From sequence record SRR31156797_11979: a stretch of DNA of 37,665 nt; one strand, written 5' to 3'. The translations under genes and the position numbers were made by a program. Positions 8,846 through 16,177 of this stretch are shown in pieces (the first letter of the stretch is position 1; each line of letters opens with the position of its first letter). The notes under the pieces are model-generated. The model was not told the origin of the DNA. It did no database searches and worked only from the letters and a program-made list of their open reading frames with translations.

Positions 8846-9077
8846 TCTTGATTTGGATAGGAGTGTGGGTGATGTTTTACCTACGTTTGTGTAGGTTCTT
8901 ACCGTAAAGTGTTTTCTGTGTTAGGGAGTTTCGCAGCAGGTTGACTTTGCCTGATAATGTCTGCAAATTGCCCGGACCGGATGCTGGACTCAAAGCTTCC
9001 GGTTTTTAAACGTTAAAATAACGATCTCCGTCCAAACGTGGCGGTATATAAGTGAAAATAATCCAGAGGTTAATATA

Positions 9078-9728
9078 ATGCTGAATATTAAGGAACTGCT
9101 TGAAGAGATCAAGGCTTCTCCTTACGAGGAAATTGAAATATCCGTTCCCCATACTGGAACTGTTGAGTTTGCCGATCTTAAGGTTGGCGATAAGGTGAAT
9201 GGACCCACCGGTGAATGGAAGGAAAAGCCCGGTACTGTGCTGGCTAAACTCACCCGTGAGCGTAATACCAAAAGTATCACTGCTCCTGAAAAAGGTGAGA
9301 TTGTATCCATTCGTCAGGATCTGGAAGACCGTTTTGTCGAAGCTGGTGAAGTGTTGATCAAGATCCGTCACTTCCTCTCCAAGGAAGAAGTAATTCAGCA
9401 GATTCTTAAAAAAGCTCTTTTTCTGTTTAATGCTCCGGAAAAAGCAAAATACTACTTCACTCCTGAGGTTGACGCCAAGATCAAAGGTTCCGGTGAGCGT
9501 TCAGTTAAGGTTACTGAAGGCATGGATCTGTTCATTGTTTCCCGCATGAAAAGGGAAACCGCACTCAACTACAGCGGACCCGAAGGACTTATTTATTCCG
9601 TATACTTCCAGAACGGTGACAACGTTGATGCAGCCCAGCCTCTGATCGGCGTCTGCCCTGCTGACCAGCTCAAGCAGATTCAGGAAGTTGTCAACCGCGT
9701 TCAGAGCGAATGGGAAGAGGTTGATTAA
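9078..9728 (+). CDS. Biotin carboxyl carrier-like protein with two biotinyl/lipoyl-type domains
   Basis: Barrel-sandwich hybrid patterns (VPHTGTV...VGDKV...ITAPEKGEI...VEAGEVLIKI; VTEGMDLFIVSRMKRE...GDNVDAAQPLI); lies next to the BC and CT genes. Confidence 0.75.
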   Translation: MLNIKELLEEIKASPYEEIEISVPHTGTVEFADLKVGDKVNGPTGEWKEKPGTVLAKLTRERNTKSITAPEKGEIVSIRQDLEDRFVEAGEVLIKIRHFLSKEEVIQQILKKALFLFNAPEKAKYYFTPEVDAKIKGSGERSVKVTEGMDLFIVSRMKRETALNYSGPEGLIYSVYFQNGDNVDAAQPLIGVCPADQLKQIQEVVNRVQSEWEEVD

Positions 9729-9800
9729 TAAGAGCTTTTAACTTTTGTAACGTTGCCATTGACGGACTCTTTTTTTCCGTATTAATAAAGGATTTTTCGC

Positions 9801-10154
9801 ATGGGAAATGTGCTCCAAATCAGGGTTATGGCCCGTACATATGACGAAGCCGAAGTTGAGAAAAATTGGCCTTATCTGGTTAAGACCGCTTGGGAAGAAC
9901 CGCAGCCTGAGGGGCGTCCGCGCGGGGTTATCGAACTTGTCGAGGACCTTAAGGACCGTCTTGAACTGGGCATGATCCCGGAAGAAAAGGCTGAAGCCAT
10001 GGCTGAATCCATCCGCAAGGCATATGACCTTAAACTGCGCATGGAAAAAGCCCTTGGCGACTGGAAAGCTGCGGAAGCCAATACCATCAGTTACGATCTT
10101 GAAGATGAGCTGAGTGTTGCGGAAAAAATAGCATCCAAAAGAAAATATAGATAA
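9801..10154 (+). CDS. Hypothetical protein (helical, acidic)
   Basis: 117-aa ORF with AAGGA RBS, typical codon usage, co-oriented 12 nt before ssb. Confidence 0.75.
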   Translation: MGNVLQIRVMARTYDEAEVEKNWPYLVKTAWEEPQPEGRPRGVIELVEDLKDRLELGMIPEEKAEAMAESIRKAYDLKLRMEKALGDWKAAEANTISYDLEDELSVAEKIASKRKYR

Positions 10155-10166
10155 ATGGGGGCCTAG

Positions 10167-10736
10167 ATGGCAGGAAGCATGAACAAAGTAATATTAATAG
10201 GACGTCTCGGGCAGGACCCGAAACTTTCATACACAACCTCCGGTCAGGCCTTTGCCAACCTTTCTGTAGCTACCGATGAAGGCTACAAAGACCGCAATAG
10301 CGGTCAGAAAGTTGATAAGACCGAGTGGCACCGTGTTGTGGCGTGGCGTCAGACTGCCGAATTCGTGGGCAAGTACCTTTCTAAGGGCCGTCTGGTCATG
10401 GTCGAAGGTAAATTGCAGACTCGCAAATGGCAGGACCAGAACGGTCAGGATCGTTACACCACTGAGATTGTCGCCAACAACATCCAGGGCCTCGACAGCA
10501 GACAGGATGCAGGTGGCTATCAGGGCCAGCAGCAGGGTGGATACCAGCAGCAGGGCGGTGGCCAGTACAATAATAACCAGCAGCAGGGTGGCGGCTATCA
10601 GGGCCAGCCTCAGCAGCAACAGTACAACAACCAGCAGCCCCAGCAGCAACAGCAGGGCGGCGGTTTCACCGAAGATGAAGATCTCGGTCCCGCATTTCCT
10701 TCCGAAGCAAGCGGAATGGATGAAGTGCCGTTTTAA
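10167..10736 (+). CDS. ssb: Single-stranded DNA-binding protein
   Basis: NKVILIGRLGQDP, TEWHRV, VEGKLQTRKW; G/Q-rich linker; acidic tail DEVPF. Confidence 0.97.
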   Translation: MAGSMNKVILIGRLGQDPKLSYTTSGQAFANLSVATDEGYKDRNSGQKVDKTEWHRVVAWRQTAEFVGKYLSKGRLVMVEGKLQTRKWQDQNGQDRYTTEIVANNIQGLDSRQDAGGYQGQQQGGYQQQGGGQYNNNQQQGGGYQGQPQQQQYNNQQPQQQQQGGGFTEDEDLGPAFPSEASGMDEVPF

Positions 10737-10785
10737 TTTCTGTTAGAGTTCATCAGTTCAGAGCTGTAGGGATTTAATACATTTT

Positions 10786-10815
10786 AGGGAGTGGTTGTGA
10801 CCACTCCCTTTTTTT
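10786..10815 (+). terminator. Rho-independent terminator after ssb
   Basis: agggagtggt-tgtg-accactccct followed by a T-tract. Confidence 0.85.
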
Positions 10816-12157
10816 ATTGATTTTTTTCTTTGCGAATTTTGTTTTCAAATTCGGTGCGATCTTTGCCAACATAGAAGATAAATGTGCAGAGCATGACAAT
10901 CATGCATCCGATCAGTGCATCTTTAGCAGCTCCGGAAAGGGCAATGAGGCAGAATCCACAAGCCAACAGGGAAGACATTATCTGTAACCATGCCTTTTTG
11001 GCGTGGAATCCGTACCTTCGTAGTAGATTCAAGGCTGAGTAAAAATAGGGTGGAAGGGTGAGAAGTACGGCAATGGATGCAATATTGCCAAACAGGGACT
11101 GCGTGTTCCCTCCTTTGGACAGGAACATGAGTACTACCAGCAGAATGCTCATCATGATCGATGACAAAACCAGTCCCATAACCGGTGTGCCGTGATTGTT
11201 TTTGCGTCCGAAAATTTCAGGTAGGGTGCCGTCACTGGCTGCCCTTGCTCCTGCCTGAGAAACTAACATCATCCATGATCCCAGAGAAGCCAGACATGCA
11301 AAAGCGGTCACAGCTGAGACCAGTTTAGGGACATACTGGGAAAAAGGAAGTGTTGTGCAGATATGGCCCATTGCCAGCGAAAAAGGGGCACCAGATGCAG
11401 CCATTTTGTCAGCCGGGAACATACCGGAAATCGCAGTGCAGGAAAGAATGTAGACTAGTCCAGCTAGCGCTGTACCGATCATGGTGGAAAGGGGAATAGT
11501 TCGTTTGGGGTCTTTAACCACTGCTGTGTTTACAGCGGCACTTTCCACACCAATAAAACTCCAGATGCAGAGGATTATCGCCGCAAGAACAGCAGTATCC
11601 GGGGTATGTCCCTTGACCAGCCAGTTTGCATTGAATTGAGCCGGGTCAAAGAAAAACCAGCCAGCTGTACCGGTGATAATAACCGGAATGAGCAACAGGA
11701 TAACGCCAACGGAAACCAGTCGTCCGATCCAGTCCGCACCAAGAATGTTGATTCCTGTAAAGAGCCAGATAACCACAACAGAGGTTATTCCTGACGAAAT
11801 TGGGTCCTGCAGGGCGGGGAAAAATACCGAGAGGTAATCAACTCCGGTAATGGCAATGGCAAGATTACCTATCCAGTTGGCATGATAGTAGAGCAGACCT
11901 GACTGATATCCCAGAATGGGCGCTACCTCACCGGAATAGGCAATAGGACCGCCTTCCTGCGGATCTTCCATGCCCAGCCGTGAATAGACATAGGCCAAGG
12001 CTAAGGCCCCAACCAAAGCTACAGCCCAGCCCACAATGGTGATACTGCCGATGGAGGCGAGGTTGGCCGGAAGCAGCGCGATCCCCGAACCCATCATGTT
12101 TCCGGCCACAACTGCCGTACAGGCAAATACACCCATTTTTTTATGTTCAGCAGACAT
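10814..12157 (-). CDS. cadB: Basic amino acid/polyamine antiporter, CadB-like (cadaverine/lysine)
   Basis: KKMGVFACTAVVAGNMMGSGIALLPANLASIG, GGPIAY, LYYHANWIGNLAI, WSFIGVES closely follow the CadB pattern; GGAGG RBS before ATG 12157. Confidence 0.8.
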   Translation of the reverse strand: MSAEHKKMGVFACTAVVAGNMMGSGIALLPANLASIGSITIVGWAVALVGALALAYVYSRLGMEDPQEGGPIAYSGEVAPILGYQSGLLYYHANWIGNLAIAITGVDYLSVFFPALQDPISSGITSVVVIWLFTGINILGADWIGRLVSVGVILLLIPVIITGTAGWFFFDPAQFNANWLVKGHTPDTAVLAAIILCIWSFIGVESAAVNTAVVKDPKRTIPLSTMIGTALAGLVYILSCTAISGMFPADKMAASGAPFSLAMGHICTTLPFSQYVPKLVSAVTAFACLASLGSWMMLVSQAGARAASDGTLPEIFGRKNNHGTPVMGLVLSSIMMSILLVVLMFLSKGGNTQSLFGNIASIAVLLTLPPYFYSALNLLRRYGFHAKKAWLQIMSSLLACGFCLIALSGAAKDALIGCMIVMLCTFIFYVGKDRTEFENKIRKEKNQ

Positions 12158-12166
12158 TGCGTCCTC

Positions 12167-12203
12167 CATGCCTCCGGCGGCCTCGCGGGGGCGCCCTGCC
12201 GGA
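12167..12203 (-). repeat. Repeat fragment (ccggcaggg...gccgccggaggca module)
   Basis: Reverse complement ccggcagggcgcccccgcgaggccgccggaggcat, same terminal module as the other copies; abuts the cadB RBS. Confidence 0.6.
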
Positions 12204-12215
12204 ATTGTTAGATTT

Positions 12216-13628
12216 TCATTTTAGTTCAGCGTGTTTTTCTACTGCCCGGTTGTAAAAATAGAGCGGGACATAGGTGAACACGGTAACACCCGCTATCAAA
12301 AAGCCTATGTAACCCGTAGATGCCGTTAGCCCTTCATCAAGTACCACCTTGGGCGGTATGAAACCGAAAATAAACACGAAAATACAGGTTACTATAGCTA
12401 GCCCTGAAACCAGCCAGATACCGGCTTTTCCACCGGGGATGGTATAGCCTCTTTTTACCTCAGGTCTTGTATAGCGCAGTCTGATAGCTGCCGCGAACAT
12501 AAGCAGGTACATAATCAGGTACAGCTGCACAGCCAGCGCACTCATTAGCATGAACGCGCTGGAGACCGTGGGCATAAAAAGGATGGCGCAGGACACCAGC
12601 GCCGAAAGACTGCTCTGGATAATTAGAATATTGGTGGGGATTCCGAACTTATTGGTCTTCTGCCAGCGCTTTGGCAGGTATCCTTCACGGGCAACTTCGC
12701 GAATACCTTTGGATGGACCGACCATCCATGTGATGACCATGGTCAGGGCTCCATAGGCCATTAGAAAGCAAATTACCGGAGTCATGAATTCCATATTGTG
12801 AATCTGGAATAGTTTGTCGAAGGCCTGACATACTCCGGCACTGAGGCTTACCCCGTCTGCTGGAACGACCATGGCAATAGCCAGTGACCCCAGTGCAGAA
12901 AGACCTATAATCAGGGCGCTTGCCGCAAAAATAGCCTTTGGGTAATTTTTTGCCGGATTGCGCACTTCATTTACATGTACCGCAGACATCTCCATGCCGG
13001 TAAATGATATCAGCATAGCAGCCAGCAGCATAAGTTGCTGTAGGCTTTCAATATCGGGCATAAGGGCCGCAATAGTAAACGAGATTTGGATTGCACCGCC
13101 GGAAAGCACATGATTTATGCCGAGCACAATTATCAGAATTCCGGGAACAATTGTCCCCACAATGGCACCTGATGAACTGAAGAATGCCGATAACTTCATG
13201 TCCCGGAAGTTCAAAAAGGTAGCCACCCATAAAGTGATCTGGATGACAGCCACGATGAACCATTTATTATCCGCCAGTTGCGGGTTGAACGTATAGGCAA
13301 TGGCTGAACCTGCAAAAGCCAGTACAGCCGGGAACCATGGCAGGTTCTCCACCCATTGCATGAAGATTGCCACAAAGCCCCATTTGGGACCGAAAGCTTC
13401 CTTTACCCAAAGATAAACACCGCCTTCATCGTTCCAGCCGGAGGCAAGTTCTGCGGAAACAAGTGCCGACGGCACAAAAAAGCAGAGTGAGCCAAGGGCT
13501 AGATAAAATATCAGCCCCCAGCCGTATTCTGCCAGTCCCGGCAGGGCACGTAATGACAGAATCGCTGCCACATTAATCATCATCAGCGTAAAGACTGATA
13601 ATTTATGATTGGAGCCTGTCTCCGCCAT
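12216..13628 (-). CDS. APC-family amino acid permease (GadC-like antiporter)
   Basis: LMMINVAAILSLR, PSALVSAELAS, GGVYLWVKEAFG, GMEMSAVH.NE..NP..NYP; about 12 hydrophobic segments. Confidence 0.85.
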   Translation of the reverse strand: MAETGSNHKLSVFTLMMINVAAILSLRALPGLAEYGWGLIFYLALGSLCFFVPSALVSAELASGWNDEGGVYLWVKEAFGPKWGFVAIFMQWVENLPWFPAVLAFAGSAIAYTFNPQLADNKWFIVAVIQITLWVATFLNFRDMKLSAFFSSSGAIVGTIVPGILIIVLGINHVLSGGAIQISFTIAALMPDIESLQQLMLLAAMLISFTGMEMSAVHVNEVRNPAKNYPKAIFAASALIIGLSALGSLAIAMVVPADGVSLSAGVCQAFDKLFQIHNMEFMTPVICFLMAYGALTMVITWMVGPSKGIREVAREGYLPKRWQKTNKFGIPTNILIIQSSLSALVSCAILFMPTVSSAFMLMSALAVQLYLIMYLLMFAAAIRLRYTRPEVKRGYTIPGGKAGIWLVSGLAIVTCIFVFIFGFIPPKVVLDEGLTASTGYIGFLIAGVTVFTYVPLYFYNRAVEKHAELK

Positions 13629-13663
13629 GTGCCCTCCAGATGATTTGAACTTTTTTTGTCAAA

Positions 13664-15964
13664 TTATTTTTTTAAGCACATGGTTTTGAAGTACTTTTGG
13701 TCATTGTGTTCGATGCGTTCCACGCCATGAATATCGCTTTCGTATCCGGGGAACATATTTTCAAAATCCTGACGGGCCATGAGATAATCAAAGACGGGCT
13801 GAGCCTTGTCGTTGAGCACCTCGCCGCCCATGATTACCGGGATGCCCGGAGGATAAGGAACAATCATTACTGCCGGGATACGATCTTTCATTTCGGAAAG
13901 CTCCACGTATTCCACGTTTTTACGGACTACCGCATGGTAGGCTTCGGAGGGCTTAATGGCCTGATCCGGGATAACCTGAAAAGCAGCCTGCATTTTATCG
14001 AGCAACTTGTGTTCTTTGTAATAATTATGAATGGCGTTGCAGTGATCTTTTACACCCACGCCGGAGTAGGTTTCGGGGTAGGATTTGACCAGTTCCGGCA
14101 GGATCGCATCAAGAGGCAGGTTGGCGTCATATACTTCTTTGAACTTGAGCAGTCCTGCGAGAAGCGAACCCTGCTTGGCTCTGTTGGTACCCATGGAGTT
14201 GAGCATGAGAAAAGAGTAGTAGTCAGTCTTTTCACAGACGATACCATGGTTGATCAGATAGTCGGTGACAATTGAAGCCGGGATACCTTCTTCTTCCATG
14301 GTTCCGTCTTCACGGAGACCGGGGGTGGTGAAAGTAAGCTTAATGGGATCGAGCATGGCGTATTCATCTTCCATGTCTTCGAAACCGTGCCAGTTATCTT
14401 TAGAGGAAAAGACCCATGGGTGCTGGTGGGTGCATAGATATTCAGTGGGAACATCTTCGAACTTCTTATAATCCTTGCCTACAAGTACCTTTTCAGGCTG
14501 CCACATTTCAAAGAACCAGCTGTCCTGTTCCTTCATTTCACTGGCAATCATGGATACTTTTTTGCGCAGGTTAACAGCCTCGACCATGGTATCATGCATA
14601 AGCACTTCGCCGCTGTCCTCCATCATTTTAGTAGCTACATCAAGTGAAGCGATCATGCTGTATTGCGGAGATGTGGAGCCGTGCATCATGTATGATTCAT
14701 TAAGTTCGTCCCGGTCTATTTTAACATCACTGCCATCGCGAACATGGAGCATGGAAGCCTGAGAAAAGGCAGTCAGCAGTTTATGGGTGGAATGAGAGCA
14801 GAAAATAGGCGGGTGGTGTTCATTGCGGTCATCATCAGCCATGCCGAAATGATCTTTATACATAGGATGGAAACGGGCATAGGCGTACCATGCTTCATCA
14901 AAATGCAGGTTATCAACACTCTTCTGGAGTTGCTTCTTAATGTTGATAACATTGTAGCAGACACCATCATAGGTGGAGTTGGTAAGTGCGGACATGCGCA
15001 CATTTTGTGTTTTTAGTTCCTCAGGAATAAGTTTATTTTCTTTAACCTTGGACTGAATGGATTTTTCGGAAAATTCTGACAGCCGGCAGGGCCCGATTAT
15101 GCCTCGTTTATTACGTCTGGGAACCATGTAGATGGGGTAGGCATCGGTAATGACCATAGCGTAATTAAGTGATTTATGGCAGTTGCGGTCCACGAACGCA
15201 ATGTCATCGCGTACCAGCTGGCTTCTCCATATTATCTGGTTAACATTTGACGTTCCGTTGAGGACGTAGAAAGTATGGTCTGCTCCGAATATTCTGGCGG
15301 AGTTGTTTTCGGCATCACCGACAACCCCGCTATGGTCCAGCAGAGAGCCTAGTTCAGGTACGGAAATAGAAAGATCAGACCGGAAAACATTTTCACCATA
15401 AAATTTGTGCATCGCCACCCCGGCTGGACTTTTCAGAAAACCTTCTCCGCCCATGTGCCCGGGGGTATGCCATGCATATTTATATGCTTCTGAGTATTTG
15501 ACCATTTCCCCGAAAAAGGACGGGAACACAGATTTTACATATTCAATAAGACTTGTTTCGATACGTCCGGCGATAAATTCGGCTGTATCTGCTGTTTTCC
15601 AAAGGCATTCGTTGATTTGGCTGAGCACTTTAGTAGGGATATCTCTCATAGCGACACGTTCGGTCAGCAGAAAAATGGGAATACGTTTGTTGCGCTTGCG
15701 GATAGCGCTGACCAGATGTTCAGGAGTCTCTTTTTCTTCCTCCCTTTCGAAATTGATGTCCCAGTCGATTACAACAGCGCCGAGATCAGCGCGGGAAATA
15801 AAAACTTCAGCAGCATCCTCATAGCTGTAAGAGGGATAGATGGAGCATTCCTGTTCTTTGACTAACTCATCTTCCAGATTACGCAGTCTGACACCTTCGT
15901 CTGTATTGGATTCAAACTGTGCTGAGACAATTAAAACAGGCCATACGTGTTTGGTAATTTTCAT
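13664..15964 (-). CDS. PLP-dependent Lys/Arg/Orn decarboxylase (wing-domain type; probably lysine decarboxylase)
   Basis: N-terminal receiver-like wing domain; WHTPGH, VLNGTS, DRNCHKS, HFDEAW, STHK PLP-lysine motif, STSPQY, PYPPGIP; AAGGAG RBS. Confidence 0.92.
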   Translation of the reverse strand: MKITKHVWPVLIVSAQFESNTDEGVRLRNLEDELVKEQECSIYPSYSYEDAAEVFISRADLGAVVIDWDINFEREEEKETPEHLVSAIRKRNKRIPIFLLTERVAMRDIPTKVLSQINECLWKTADTAEFIAGRIETSLIEYVKSVFPSFFGEMVKYSEAYKYAWHTPGHMGGEGFLKSPAGVAMHKFYGENVFRSDLSISVPELGSLLDHSGVVGDAENNSARIFGADHTFYVLNGTSNVNQIIWRSQLVRDDIAFVDRNCHKSLNYAMVITDAYPIYMVPRRNKRGIIGPCRLSEFSEKSIQSKVKENKLIPEELKTQNVRMSALTNSTYDGVCYNVINIKKQLQKSVDNLHFDEAWYAYARFHPMYKDHFGMADDDRNEHHPPIFCSHSTHKLLTAFSQASMLHVRDGSDVKIDRDELNESYMMHGSTSPQYSMIASLDVATKMMEDSGEVLMHDTMVEAVNLRKKVSMIASEMKEQDSWFFEMWQPEKVLVGKDYKKFEDVPTEYLCTHQHPWVFSSKDNWHGFEDMEDEYAMLDPIKLTFTTPGLREDGTMEEEGIPASIVTDYLINHGIVCEKTDYYSFLMLNSMGTNRAKQGSLLAGLLKFKEVYDANLPLDAILPELVKSYPETYSGVGVKDHCNAIHNYYKEHKLLDKMQAAFQVIPDQAIKPSEAYHAVVRKNVEYVELSEMKDRIPAVMIVPYPPGIPVIMGGEVLNDKAQPVFDYLMARQDFENMFPGYESDIHGVERIEHNDQKYFKTMCLKK

Positions 15965-16098
15965 TCAACGTACTCCTTACCGCTTCATGGTTTGGGGATA
16001 ATTGTTTTAATGGTGGTTACATACTCTCCTCTGTTACAAGATTTATAATTAAATTTCTACTTAGATCAGAAAAGAAAGGTGTCTTTTGGAAGTCAGGC

Positions 16099-16148
16099 AA
16101 AAAAAAGTGAAAGGTTAAGTGGCCTAAAGAGGCTTCCTAACCTTTCAC
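16099..16148 (-). terminator. Rho-independent terminator of the radical SAM gene
   Basis: Minus strand gtgaaaggttag...ttaacctttcac followed by T8. Confidence 0.75.
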
Positions 16149-16177
16149 CTTATGAGTGAATATTAAATGCGTTTTTT

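Noticed and set aside
8955..9035. Possible c-di-GMP-I riboswitch (gcaaa...ggactcaaagcttccggt)
   Set aside because: Only partial word similarity; no GNRA-capped P2 or convincing P1/P3 pairing. cmscan against Rfam would settle it
10510..10665. CAG/GGC-rich repeats in ssb
   Set aside because: Ordinary Gly/Gln disordered linker of SSB proteins
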